A stretch of DNA of 64,000 bases, from contig OZ037772.1 of assembly GCA_964035545.1 (NCBI GenBank), positions 1,426,001-1,490,000 on the forward strand, in the 5' to 3' direction. Numbering within the stretch: the stretch's first letter is position 1; the number at the start of each line of letters is the position of its first letter. Both the position numbers and the translations under genes were made by a program. The stretch comes from Bugula neritina (taxonomy: Eukaryota; Animalia; Bryozoa). Below, piece by piece: positions 1 to 12,132 of this stretch. Below the pieces are notes generated by a model. The model was given only the letters and a program-made list of their open reading frames with translations, made no database searches and was not told the DNA's origin.

Positions 1-69
1 ACAAGTCTCGCAGTGAATAAACAGTTGACGTACACACAGCCGGGAGTCAGACTGATACTGTACGATATA

Positions 70-3000
70 CCTCAATATCAGAGACGGCAGAGTTGAGAGT
101 ACAGGACCAGTTGATCAGTCGGTTAGCTCTGTAGATCACACCTTTCTCGTGCATTCTGATAAACGCTTCGTTCACCGCTTTCAAAGATTTCTAATAAACA
201 ATTATATATGAGTCATGTGTCAAGTGTGAACTGATTGGAGACCAGGCCTCATGATTAACCAATCATAGAGAGGATAACACGCTGAGTCAGTAAACAGCCG
301 ACACGGCATATAGACTCCACTACTCAAACATAATATATGTATAGAGAGGATAACTCCTCACCTCATCCATAGTGAACGTAGTTCTGTCCCAGTCATAAGA
401 CCCGCCCACTTTCCTCAACTGATGGTAGATTCTGCCTCCTTTTCTATAGAAATTTTATAATAACACTGACCAATCGTTGTGCTGCAAAACTTAGTTATAT
501 TAGCAATTTAAATAATGAGACCAATGATAGAGTGTGATGAAGTAAACCTATATTTAACTTTTCGTATATTCAATTATATATAAGAATTTTATCATATTAA
601 CGCTATTATATTATCTTATATCAAACTGTAGCAACTGCACACCAATAAGATAAAATAAAAACTCAAACCCAAATACTAAGTCGCTATGAAATGCATTTTC
701 AAGATAAAATATTCCCTTACTGGTTCTTCCAGTCCCACACTCGTCTCACAAACTCATCTCGTCCCAAATCGTGTCAAGTTTTATTCTCTTCTCTAGTGCG
801 TTTTTTCTCGACGACAACTTGAGTGGCTATTCCTGCGTGGTCACATCCGGGTACAAACAGTGTCACCTTCCCATTCATCCGGTGCCTGACAATACAACAG
901 AACTGACACCTGCAGACACCTGACAACACAATCATATCAGACACCTGCAGACACCTGACAACGCGAGCATATCAGACACCTGTAGATATTCTGGAAAGGT
1001 GCTGAGAGAAATATCTGTGGTTGAAACAACATCAATATAATAGATGAATGACTTATGCCAACCGGTACTTAACACAAATTTTCTCAGCATTCAAAAAAGA
1101 ATTAACAGGGGGATGTTCATAGCCTGTCTGTGGAATATGTCAGAGTGACTTGGCAAGATGCCGAAATGTCATGTAGTCACCACCAGAGGAATGGTGTCTA
1201 CTGTTACCTGCTATAAGCTACGTACACCACCAGTTTAGTGACTAGGTAAGTACGGAGTTGTCTCATCTATATGAATGAACATCTCACCACCAAACTATCG
1301 CATCCTCAACCGCCCCCGTGAGGGCATGTCCTAGGTGAAGAGTCCCGGTCACATTAGGGGGAGGGATCATGATGATAAACTTCTCTTCAGGTGTGAGTTT
1401 CAGCACATCTCTACCTGTTACAAAGCAACCAATCACATCTCTCTCGGTTACAAAGTAAAAAGCAACCAATCACAGTACCTGTTACAACAGAGTAACAAAT
1501 CACACCTCTACGTGTTAGAAGTAACCAATCATATTATAGACTTTACTATGATGAGAAGTGTACCTTTGAGATTATACTCAGGTTTGAAGAATCCTTCCTT
1601 CTCCCACCAAGAGTACCAGGCAGCTTCCACATAGGACGGGGAGTAAGAATCAGGCATGGGACACGTCGTGTCTAGAATAATAGAAAACTATACAGTATAG
1701 GGGAGCAGCTGTGGTCTAGGGGTTAGAGCGTTTGTCTAGTGAACATGAAGCCATTGTTTGACAAAGGCCATTGGTGACGTTAGGAAGAGCATCCAGTCAT
1801 AATTGCTCCTCTGCCACATCTAAATAAGTCCTTGGCCCTTTCTAACAAAATCCCTTTCCACCAGGAGTCTCTCATAAGGATGGTGACTATACACTGATAT
1901 CTAGATATACTAAGTTGAGACTTGTCTTCTACTGGTCCATACAGTTCAAATGTGATAAACACATGTATAAATACAATAATCTATTCATAGCCCATAGTCT
2001 AACCACCAACAAGGACGAATAAATAAGACGGTGGCCTGACACTACTACTACAACTTATATAACTTATACACAGCAGACTGTTAGGAGTATTTGAATCTGA
2101 GGCTATCCAATGTATGAGTAGGGCAGCCCTAAATGTAGGATATTGGAATACGATGTCTTATTACTTCAGTCTAAAGCAGTTCTTATACCTTCACGATGTT
2201 CAGTCAGAAATTCAATTTTGATGAGTTGTATTTCATTGTAAAAGCCAATCATAAAAATTTTTGCTTTGTGCATGCTTAATCAAATAATTTTAGAGTAACA
2301 ATCAAAGGGAATGATAACTCCTTTAGATATGGGGTATTCATGTTTATAATTACATCGGCTGTCTTTTTCAATTATCACTTTTATGCTGTCAACTTAATTT
2401 ATTACGTTTTCAAAGGGCATCAAATAGTGATTAAGCGAGTTATATTTGAGTATTGCAGAGTGAGCTTCCTTATTAATATGATTTCAACAATTTTAAGTAA
2501 GACTATAGAGGGGCGGGAAACACTGAACTCCTTTAAGTAAAGATAGAAACGCAACTTCAGTTTAAACTGCTTACACACATAACTGTGTGTTCACTACCGA
2601 GCAGTGTACACTGATAAATCAGTGCTTCAACTGAAACTTGTAAGTAAAGGAATGAAGAGCTCAATTGAGTATAAAATGTAGAGAATAATTGAACTGAACC
2701 TTTTTTATGGCCAACTGGTGTGTCCACGTTATACGTTACTACAGCCTTCTCCTTTTTCTCTTTCACTTTTTTCTAGAAAAAAAATCAAATTTGAAGAAAA
2801 TAAAATGGAAATTGTTAGCTACAGATAGACAACTTCCAGGTAAAAGTACAGCCATACAGTCGCAATACGAATATGTAATTCAAGTAACACTTTCATGTAG
2901 AAGTACAACCATAAATATGAATAGAAAGTAACACAAGTATATACATTTAGGAGCAGTAGTGTAGAAATCGAGATAGCCTAGGTTCTTAAATCTTATTATC

Positions 3001-3305
3001 AAATTTTGGTTTAGGCTTTGGGTTGAAATTCTCACAAGAACATAACTTCTTATGCTACATTTCTAATCTAGAACACAGGCTTTCTCAATTTCTCCATTAC
3101 TGCACCTACCTCAGTATATATAGAACCTGTAACTAACTAAACAGACAACTCAGTAGTCAGTCGTGGCAGACTCTGCCTTCTATTTAGCCTGCTTAGCTTG
3201 AAACTTGGCTAGCTTAGCAGCTTTAGCAACTTCTTTCTTCAACTCTTTCTCAGATTTCACCTTGACCTCGCCAGTTGGCGCATCACCAAGGTTCACTTCC
3301 GACAT
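70..3305 (-). pseudogene. VARS1: Valyl-tRNA synthetase 5' part, copy 1 (continues off the left edge); pseudogene
   Basis: Spliced exons read MSEVN..KSEKELKKE; [26 protein letters not shown]; [15 protein letters not shown] (HIGH motif); [16 protein letters not shown]; [13 protein letters not shown]; [22 protein letters not shown]. Lesions relative to copy 2: TAG at 3180-3182 (codon 42), a 4-bp duplication and GT>TT donor loss at the end of exon 1 (about 3148-3163), and TGA at 774-776. Confidence 0.93.
1699..1895 (+). mobile_element. Probable tRNA-derived SINE (V-SINE-like) in a VARS intron; second copy at about 61243-61440
   Basis: Box A-like head TGGTCTAGGGGTTAGAGCG, followed by GGAAGAGCATCCAGTCATAA, which resembles my recollection of the V-SINE central motif GGAAGGGCATCC. 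Confidence 0.4.
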
Positions 3306-4279
3306 GTTCGTTTATTGTGAGACTTTCCTTAAAACACAATCAGCCGGCATGGAACTAATAGATATCTCAATACTAAACATACAAACTACTGACCCAGTAT
3401 AGTAATAGACAGATATCTTAATACTAATAATATAAACTAATGGCTCAATATTGCGTTAGTTATGCGTGGGGGTTCACTGATAAACGCCTATAAACCACAC
3501 GGTCCAATAATGAAAGACTGTGACTTTTCACGAACAGACATCTCATCTCTGATTCTGATGAAAAATCACGAAATTTTCAGACAATCGATACTGCATTTCA
3601 CATAATAATAATAATCATATTGTCATTTGAAAGATTCTGCTAAAATCAAAGTGCCGATGTTAATCACAAGGTCAACCATAAATGACTCAGTCTGATGACT
3701 GACGGTTATGCTTAATGATTAATTAGTAATATGAATAGATTGCAAGTGATCAGCATGATGATGATGATTATTGCTTCTCACCATCAAAGGTCAAACTTTG
3801 TAATTGCAGCTTGAAATGTAAAATTAAATAATATTACTTTTATTTAATCATACAAGTATAACTTACTATCATAACAACATTCAACTTTATGTAGTCATTA
3901 TGAACATGATAGCGGTTTACCTTTTACTTTAGGTGATAATTATACCATTCACGATTATCATTATGTCTACCATTATGATTATCTCAACTTTAACTTATCA
4001 ATTACGATAATTAACCATTTATTTTTAATGATGAAAATTTAAATCATTGAATTACCATTAAAAATGATTTAATTTCACACTTTTATTATCATAACTATGA
4101 AATTATTATTAATAGGCATATTTGATTTTTAGATTACAATAATAATTATCAAATCATGGTATAGAATTAAATAATTATTATAGTTAATATTATTATAAAT
4201 ATAATTAATATAATTGTATTTATTGAAACTAAAATAATAAGGTAAACTAAATGAATTATCGACATGAGTATGAGTATGA

Positions 4280-4670
4280 GTAGGCCACAACTAGAAGGTG
4301 CAGCAGCAATTTGAGATCCCCGTTTGCAATACCTCATCAAAGATATAGAACAGGTGCAAAATAATGCAATCAGATTCATTGCTAAATTGAAAGGCAGAGA
4401 CAGTATCACTGTGGCACGTGACAAACTAAACCTAGAGTCTCTCCCCGACAGACGCTTCAAGCTGAGGCACAAGTTACTGTTGCGACTTCTATCTAATGAG
4501 GGAAATCAGGCATTTCTAACATACTCCTATGAACTGATGAACAGTAAAACCTAAAATACTAGGTTTACTAAGGCATCAAGCAGGGACGATCCCCCAACCA
4601 TTTTTGCAAAATCAGCAGCCTACTACAGCAGCTTCTTTCCAAAAACAGCCCGGGAGCTTAAGTCTATGCT
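4280..4670 (+). mobile_element. Decayed LINE (CR1/L2-group) RT C-terminal fragment
   Basis: Translates as RPQLEGAAAI*DPRLQYLIKDIEQVQNNAIRFI...LNLESLPDRR, matching the RPxLEYAxxVWxP..LExVQxxAxRF motif of this group; contains in-frame stops. Confidence 0.7.
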
Positions 4671-6422
4671 AAATAAGTAGTCAATACACCAGAGTTGTAT
4701 ATGTGCAACATACTGAAAATACTTGCTAGCCTGTAATCGGCAACTGTAGAGGTGTGCCTCTTGCTACATGCTCTAATGCGTGTAAGAGGTAAGAAGACTA
4801 TCAATATGACTATCAATATTAGTAGGAGTACCCAAGTACCAGTAGACATAGTAGCTGTAGAAAGTCTATCCCAATCAGTAACTGTGTCTGTAAGCCGTGA
4901 GGGCTGAGACTATAACTAGGAATATAAAAAACTATAACTTGAGTATAACTAATTGAAGGTGAGTTAACATAAATTAAAAAATAATAAATAAAATTACTAC
5001 AAAATCAAAATGAAATATGCATTATAAATATTTATATTTTTATTTTATAATAATTTTTTAATTTATTTATATCATTTTACTTAGGTTCATCACCTTTCAT
5101 TATGATTAATGAAATTCATAAATCATATTCATAACGATAATGATAATCACTTAAAAAAAATTGATAAACCCATAATGATAATCATAATGATTATATTTAT
5201 TATTATCATTTATCGCTTATCAGTGATAATCATAATCATAATGATAATCTTGATCATAATCAATATGAATATCAATATCATGTTATACTTATTCAATAAT
5301 TAAAATTGATTGATTCTTATTCATATTAATAATGAATAAAAAATTATATTAACACTATAACTTACTTAATTAGAGTATTACTATTAGTATTACTATTACT
5401 ATTAGTATTACTTACAACTTGCTTATGCAAGGGAATTAAATCTTTAAAGCGTAGCATCCTTTTCAAGCAAAATAAGGATAATAAGTTTCGTCAAATTGAG
5501 TTAAAAACTACAACTTATAAGTCACAAGTATAAAGCAACTTATGCTCAGTCATCACTAATCCTAGTGGGTACGGCAAGCATATAGCATAATTTATTTCAC
5601 AATGCGACAAGATTATCTAGACGGTGCGCTTACGCCTCTCATTGTACTTAAGCAATATCCAATTGTACGGTTTTTATGACTTTATAATCTGTTTTTGAGA
5701 AGCAAGGCTAGATAGAAGTTAATGATCGATATTGACTCGCTAAGAGTTTTCATGTAAACCCGCAAACTACAACTTTTAACTTGACCGCAAAGCTGGAAGT
5801 ACGATAAGCGTCGCCGTATTGATTTCAGGCGAATTTTAGTTGATTTCTTTCAAACTGCTGAGAAGTAATATTTGCTTCCATTTTATGTCTGTATCAGCCA
5901 TCAGGGCTATCGCGATACAATTATAAATGTTCTTAATTCAATCAATATTATGAAATAATTAATGTAGGAAATTCAATTTTGACTATATAGAATAATCTCA
6001 ATCTAAATAAGTATTATTTATTTATTGTAACACTTGCACATCGTCTTACTCTTACTCTTAGTCAGATAACATAGTACATACTCATACTGATACTCAATCC
6101 CATACTCAATCTCATACTGAGTCTGATACTCATAGTCATAGTGATGGTCTTTGCCAGATTATTGCTAGATAATTTAAGCTAGTACTTGTACTACTACTAG
6201 TAGTACTAGTACTAGTAGTACTACTACTAGTAGTAGTACTAATAATCACAGTACTAAATACTACTAATAGTAATAGTATTACTATTAGAGTAATACTAAT
6301 ACTAATAGTAATACTACCACTAGTAGTAGCAGTAGTGCTAGTAGTAGTAGGCTACATGATGATGATCATTATGATTATGATTATGAAGATGGTTATTACT
6401 ATAACTATTACGGTATGAGTAT

Positions 6423-6704
6423 TGTAATGGGGCGTGGTTTACGCCTCATGCGTATCCCCCTGCCAATCAGAGAGTGATGGGTAATTATTGGATGAAGCCA
6501 AGCAGAACAATTTATATTAGTTAGTTAGTTAGCGTATACTTGCCGTGATGTAAAGTAACCTAGTACCAATACTTATAGAGATTTTTACGCCATTTATTAC
6601 AGTTTTATAATAAAGTCTTACACACGAAAATATCAGTGAATTGCTTGTGACTAGATGCATATTGCTCACTAGAAGCCCACACAAACATTGTGCTTCGCAC
6701 AACA
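6423..6704 (+). repeat. 5' LTR (about 282 bp)
   Basis: Begins TGT and ends ACA one base before the PBS; contains CCAAT and AATAAA. The left boundary is inferred because no second LTR is available. Confidence 0.75.
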
Positions 6705-6705
6705 G

Positions 6706-6723
6706 TGGTGGCAGCGGTGGGAT
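6706..6723 (+). promoter_or_regulatory. Primer binding site complementary to the tRNA-Leu 3' end
   Basis: TGGTGGCAGCGGTGGGAT is the reverse complement of ATCCCACCGCTGCCACCA, the 3' end of metazoan tRNA-Leu(AAG). Confidence 0.85.
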
Positions 6724-6756
6724 GTTTCTAGCTGAGACAATGAAGAGACGGAGAAT

Positions 6757-7473
6757 ATGACAGAGCACACAACGAAGCACCCGGGAGGTAAGCCAGCCAA
6801 TTTCTTGCATATGGAGGAGGTGTATAGAAGTAAACTGACCGCTCCCACCTTCACGGGTGTAGAAGACATAGAGCAATTCATTGAAGAATTCCACGATGTA
6901 GCAAACGTCGCTCAATGGCCGCCACAAGTAGCCCTCGTCAAGCTGCGGGAAGTATCGACGGAGCGCGCTAGACCGTTTGGACAAGGACGGAGCGTGGCGG
7001 AAATATTCACTACACTACGGGGCCGTTTTGGCATCCCCGCTCTGGAAGCCAGAGCCCGTCTACAGGTGCTACGCCAGGCGGAAAGCACTCCGCTCCGCGA
7101 CCACGTTGCCTTAGTGAAGAGGCTGGCGCTGAGCGCTTCAAGCGACCTGCCAGAAGCACACCGACGGTACTTTACTCTCATTGACTTTATGCAATCCCTA
7201 AAGGATGTGGGCCTTTGCCATCAACTACAGGCAAAGGGAGTGACCACTCTAGAAAGTGCCCTACAAGTCGGAGAAGACTACCTCTGGGCCGAACGGTTAC
7301 ATACCGGGAAACCAGAAAGCACACAAGTCACCGCGGAGATAGCCCAATCACTCGGAGGGAAGATGGGCCAGCTGAGTACCAGGCTGAAACAGATGGCAAA
7401 GACTCTTACTAATGCCGGGCCCCCTAATCAAGGACAAAAGAGAAAGACTACCCGGAGTGAGAGCAACAACTAG
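6757..7473 (+). CDS. gag: Gypsy Gag (238 aa; no CCHC knuckle seen)
   Basis: First ORF after the PBS; PTFTG..IEQFIEEF...W..LRGRFG pattern typical of retrotransposon capsid. Confidence 0.8.
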   Translation: MTEHTTKHPGGKPANFLHMEEVYRSKLTAPTFTGVEDIEQFIEEFHDVANVAQWPPQVALVKLREVSTERARPFGQGRSVAEIFTTLRGRFGIPALEARARLQVLRQAESTPLRDHVALVKRLALSASSDLPEAHRRYFTLIDFMQSLKDVGLCHQLQAKGVTTLESALQVGEDYLWAERLHTGKPESTQVTAEIAQSLGGKMGQLSTRLKQMAKTLTNAGPPNQGQKRKTTRSESNN

Positions 7474-9340
7474 CCAGGGCCTCCCCGCTCCAGAGACCTC
7501 CAACCCAGGAAGAGAGAACAACCCCAGGTATGGCAGAAACCACGACGGACCACCCGCCCTCTTGGGCGACCGGAGCCGTTCGTGCTACCACTCACCAACC
7601 GCTTTAGCCAGCTACCGGAGACGGAGCTGGCCGGCGAGGTCCCTCGGGACATCGGAAGGGAACTAAACACCCCTCTGCCAAAAAAGCGGCGCCCGCCTAC
7701 CACCAAACGGACACCACGCCGTTTGACCGAAGCTACGCATGCTGGGGAAGTAAGGTTGCAGCCACATGGAGAAAGCTACTTCCTGCCCGGGAAGGTAGCC
7801 GGCAAGGCCGTCACGTTCTTGCTGGACTCCGGTTGCAACACAAACCTCCTCAGCAGACGAGTCTTCGATGCCCTCCCTGCCCAGGTGAGGAAGGGATTAG
7901 CTCCCTACACCGGGGAACCTGGCACCCTTGCAGACGGGTCGTGTATCCCTTTCTACGGTGTTGTAGAGCTACCTGGTCGCGTCCGCGACCAGGCCATCCA
8001 AGAGACATTTATCCTCAGCCAGCTGGAAGAGGATGCTATCCTGGGGACGCCGTTCTTGAAACGACACCAGTGCCACATAGACTTCCATAAGTCCGCCATA
8101 CTAATGGCAGGCCGGGAGCTCTCTTGTGTTGACAAGTTCGGTCGCCCCCTGGTCGGGGGCGTGCAGGTGGTCCGTAACTGTACGGTACCCGGCCGCTCCC
8201 GGGCGACCATTCACTGCAGAGTGAATGACCGCCAGCTCTCTGGACTAGGGGTTGTCGAAGGAACGCACCAGAGAATCCAACTCGCCAGCAACTTAAATCG
8301 GCTGACTGACCCGGGGGAGATCTTGGTGCAGTGCGTCAACCCCTTTTCAGAGTCGGTGACACTACCGTCTGGATCCCTATTGGGCCGTTTCCACACGGTC
8401 CAAGAAGGAGACATAGGACCGTCGCTAGGCGAAGCGACGGAGGGTCCCCCAGAGGGCCCGTCTGTACGGCGGGGGACCGTCCCAGAACACGTCCAGGAAC
8501 TATACGAATCAGCCTGCGAAGGCTGTGCGGGCAACAAGGAGCGCCAGGCTATGGCCCAGTTGCTGCGCCAGTATGGGAACGTGTTCAGCAGCGGAGACCA
8601 GGACATGGGCTTAACCAAAGCCATCTGTCACGAGATACCGCTAGCTGCCGGGACTTTGCCTATCCGCCAACCTACCCGGAGACTGGGACCAGAGAAGGAA
8701 AAGGAGGTCAGCCGACAAGTCCGGGATCTTCTGGACCGCGGCATCGTAGAGCCTGCACATAGTGCGTGGAGCTCGCCGGTCGTCCTGGTCCGGAAGAAAG
8801 ACGGCAGTTGGCGGTTCTGTGTGGATTACCGCAAACTTAACAGCGTAACCATACAGGACGCCTACCCTCTACCTCGGATCGATGAATCCCTCGACGCCTT
8901 AGCCGGCAGCAAGTACTTCAGTACTTTAGACTTGCTGAGCGGTTACTGGCAAGTCCCCCTCAGTCCCGACGCCCAGGAAAAAGCGGCGTTCATCACCAGG
9001 GACGGGCTGTGGAAGTGGAAGGTACTGCCCTTCGGGTTAACCTCTGCCCCTGCCACTTTCCAGCGGCTCATGGAACAGGTCCTCAGCGACCTCCACTGGA
9101 AGACGCTGCTCGTCTACCTCGACGACGTCATCGTGATCTCCCCAGACTTCGCGACCCACGTCAGTCGTCTGAGGGAGGTCTTCGAACGACTCCGAGGTGC
9201 CGGTCTCAAGCTTAAACCTTCCAAATGCGCTCTCTTGCAGCCGGAGGTGAAGTACCTGGGGCACGTAGTCGGCCGTAATGGCGTGGCGACGGACCCCGAT
9301 AAGGTGCGGGCTGTGGCCGACTGGGTCACCCCCAGGATTT
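7474..9340 (+). CDS. pol: Pol N-part: aspartic protease, spacer domain, reverse transcriptase
   Basis: FLLDSG protease motif; WSSPVVLVRKKDGSWRFCVDYRKLN, LPFGLTSAPATFQRLM and YLDD. Open in the gag frame directly after the TAG. Confidence 0.96.
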
Positions 9341-12047
9341 GACCGGACTCCGGGCTTTCCTGGGGCTGGTAGGGTATCACAGACAATACATACCAGACTT
9401 TGCGGGAGTTGCACAGCCACTAAATCGGCTCACCGCAAAGGGGGTGGCCTGGCAGTGGACACCAGTCGAACAGAGGGCATTCGACAGTCTCAAGAGCCGC
9501 TTGCTAGAGGCTCCAATTCTGGCCTACCCAGACCCCGCTCTGGAATATATCCTTGACACAGACGCCAGTGACCAGAATGTTGGTGCTGTGCTGTCGCAAG
9601 TGCAAGAGGACCGTGAAGTAGTCGTAGCTTACTACAGCAAATCACTCTCACCTCCAGAGCGCAATTACTGCACCACTCGCAAAGAGTTGTTGGCAGTAAT
9701 CAAGTCAGTGAAACACTTCCGGCCTTATCTCTACGGTAAGCCGTTCCGCTTGCGGACGGACCACGCCTCCTTGATCTGGCTGTGTAAGAGGGCTGAACCG
9801 TCCAGTCAAGTCGCCCGATGGCTTGAAGTCCTAGCCGAGTTTTCATACCGGATCGAACATCGACCCGGTAGGAAGCACGGCAATGCGGATGGACTGAGTC
9901 GGCGACCGGACGAGGGGTGCAAACAGTGTCACAACATCGAGAGAAGGGATGGGAGTCCCCCAAGATCCGAGTTGGCGACACTGGACCACCCTGGAGTGAG
10001 CTACGATTGGGACCAAGGTCAACTCAAGCCAAGGAGCCCTGACCCACCAGAGGCTGTCAACAACCTCCGCGCCAATCCTGTCTTAGCTCGTAATGTCAGA
10101 GAGCTGCAGAAACTCCAGGAGGGCCTCCCTGGGGTGGTAGCCGACGTATATCGAGCTAAACGGGAAGGGCGACGACCCAGCAAGGAACAGCTGCGGCAGG
10201 GGTGCGCCGAGTTACGGTTGTACTGCCAACGCTGGGACTCCCTGCGGATCGGGCCAGATAGTCTGCTGACCATCACCTTGGCCGCCAACCAGGGACACCC
10301 TGGTCGAGAAAGGGTGATCTGCCCAACCGCCATGTGCCAGGAGCTAGTATGGGACACCCACCGACAGGCTCACGCCGGAGTTCGGAGGGTGCTTACCAAG
10401 CTAAGGCTCCGGTGGTATTGGCCCCAAATGGAGCGTGACGTCCGACTAAGGATCAAACAATGCGAAGTCTGCCAGGCCAGCAAGCATGGCCGTCTTCCTG
10501 GAGAGGCGGGACGGCGTAGGCTCTATGCTGGCAGGCCCTGGCAGGTGGTAGCTGTTGACTTGGTCGGACCCATGCCCCTCACCCCCAGAAGAAACAGCTG
10601 GATTCTAGTGTTGACCGACCACTTCACTAGGTGGGCAGACGCACTGGCTATCCCAGACGCGTCTACCCCGACAGTGGCCAGCGCACTAGACCAGCGTGTA
10701 TTCTGCTACTTTGGGTTGCCCGAGCAACTACACTCGGACCAGGGGTCGCAATTCCAGTCTCAACTGATGAGCGACCTCTGCCGCCTCTGGGGAGTAAACC
10801 AAAGTAGGACCACTCCGTACCACCCTCAAGGTAACGGAGATGTCGAACGCAACAACCGGATGCTGGGCGACGCACTCCGCAGTCTACTACTCGGCCGAGG
10901 CCAGGAGGAGTGGGATCTCGTGCTGCCACAGGTTATGAGGGCCTATCGCAGTATGCCCCATACCAGCACAGGCGAGACCCCCAACCTCTTGACCTTCGGT
11001 CGTGAGACACGAGTGCCCGAACACCTCGCCTATCACATTCCAGAACCAGAATACTCCCTCCACGAGTACGCTGGGGAAGTGGTAGAGCGTCTGAGAGTCG
11101 CACACGAAATACTGCGAGAGAAGCAGTGGCAGGTGCGACAGGAAGACGCTGACGAACCACCCCTCTACCAGACCGGAGACTGGGTCTGGATGATCAACTA
11201 CCGTAGGCGTCGAGGACAGGCGGCTAAATTACAGCCTAAGTTTGTAGGACCCTACGTAGTAGTTGAGGTGATGCCCAAGCACACTTACAAGTTGGAGCGG
11301 TCTGGACAGATATCTGTCCAGAATGATGCCCGCTTGAAACCTTATTGGGCTAGCCCAGGTGCGGCCGGGGGTGCCCCCCTATTGTTAGAGCCCAGGAGGC
11401 AGACAACAATGCGCGGGCGGCGGCGGCATAAACCCAATGATGAGTGGGTTGTGCCACGGACAGAAGACTTGGCAAGGCAAGAGAGGCCACCTCCCCCAAC
11501 AGGACCACACCCTCTGCCTCCAAAGCCAAGCCGTCCGACCCCAGAGCTACCACCACCACTTCCGGAAATAAGTATACTTCCGGAAGTGCAAAACCCCCAC
11601 ACGGGAGGGGCTCCGTCCAGAGAGAACAGAGGGGAAGAAAGAATAATAGCTGACGAGAGGCAGGAAGCACCACCAGTGGAGAATAACAACCCCCTGGTGA
11701 GTACACCACCTCCCTCACCAGCTACACCACCTTCCCCGGCGTCTACCACTAGTACATCTCCCCTCCTTGAAAGGGGACAACGTACTAGAAGACCCCCAGC
11801 TTATCTTCAAGATTTCGTATGCGACCGCATTACAAGCGGCAGGTATGAAAGTCCAGCTGGGCGCCGTACGGAAAGACTGGCAGCAAAGCGTGGGAGTTAT
11901 GAACACCACGGAAAAACCAAGTTTGGCAAAAACGGAATAGCGAGTGGAATTACCACTCTCCGGGCACACATTTCCGGTCTCGCAGAACAAACACGCTGCC
12001 CAGCCTTTTCCTACACCGACGCGGTCAAGAGTAGACGTACTTTCTAA
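9339..12047 (+). CDS. pol: Pol C-part: RT thumb, RNase H, integrase (HHCC, DDE, GPY/F) and proline-rich tail; frameshifted from the N-part
   Basis: LDTDASD, RKELLAV, TDHASL and NADGLSR; H..H...CEVC; VDLVGP, SDQG and VERNN; KLQPKFVGPY. One missing G near 9336 would restore PRDLTGLRAFLG. Confidence 0.95.
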   Translation: MTGLRAFLGLVGYHRQYIPDFAGVAQPLNRLTAKGVAWQWTPVEQRAFDSLKSRLLEAPILAYPDPALEYILDTDASDQNVGAVLSQVQEDREVVVAYYSKSLSPPERNYCTTRKELLAVIKSVKHFRPYLYGKPFRLRTDHASLIWLCKRAEPSSQVARWLEVLAEFSYRIEHRPGRKHGNADGLSRRPDEGCKQCHNIERRDGSPPRSELATLDHPGVSYDWDQGQLKPRSPDPPEAVNNLRANPVLARNVRELQKLQEGLPGVVADVYRAKREGRRPSKEQLRQGCAELRLYCQRWDSLRIGPDSLLTITLAANQGHPGRERVICPTAMCQELVWDTHRQAHAGVRRVLTKLRLRWYWPQMERDVRLRIKQCEVCQASKHGRLPGEAGRRRLYAGRPWQVVAVDLVGPMPLTPRRNSWILVLTDHFTRWADALAIPDASTPTVASALDQRVFCYFGLPEQLHSDQGSQFQSQLMSDLCRLWGVNQSRTTPYHPQGNGDVERNNRMLGDALRSLLLGRGQEEWDLVLPQVMRAYRSMPHTSTGETPNLLTFGRETRVPEHLAYHIPEPEYSLHEYAGEVVERLRVAHEILREKQWQVRQEDADEPPLYQTGDWVWMINYRRRRGQAAKLQPKFVGPYVVVEVMPKHTYKLERSGQISVQNDARLKPYWASPGAAGGAPLLLEPRRQTTMRGRRRHKPNDEWVVPRTEDLARQERPPPPTGPHPLPPKPSRPTPELPPPLPEISILPEVQNPHTGGAPSRENRGEERIIADERQEAPPVENNNPLVSTPPPSPATPPSPASTTSTSPLLERGQRTRRPPAYLQDFVCDRITSGRYESPAGRRTERLAAKRGSYEHHGKTKFGKNGIASGITTLRAHISGLAEQTRCPAFSYTDAVKSRRTF

Positions 12048-12082
12048 TCCATCTGCATCCAAGCTTGAACGTCGAGTATGAG

Positions 12083-12090
12083 TATAAATA
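12083..12090 (+). promoter_or_regulatory. Candidate TATA box for ORF3
   Basis: TATAAATA in the 85-bp gap between the pol stop (12047) and the ORF3 ATG (12133). Confidence 0.45.
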
Positions 12091-12132
12091 CCGAGTTCCC
12101 AGGTAAGCTTGCTTAGATCTAACACTCCACTA

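Larger units (their letters stand above)
1..4690 (+). repeat. Segmental duplication, copy 1 (matches 59690-64000)
   Basis: Colinear near-identity across exons, introns, upstream region and LINE fragment; offset 59689 at the left edge; the match runs off both window edges. Confidence 0.97.
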
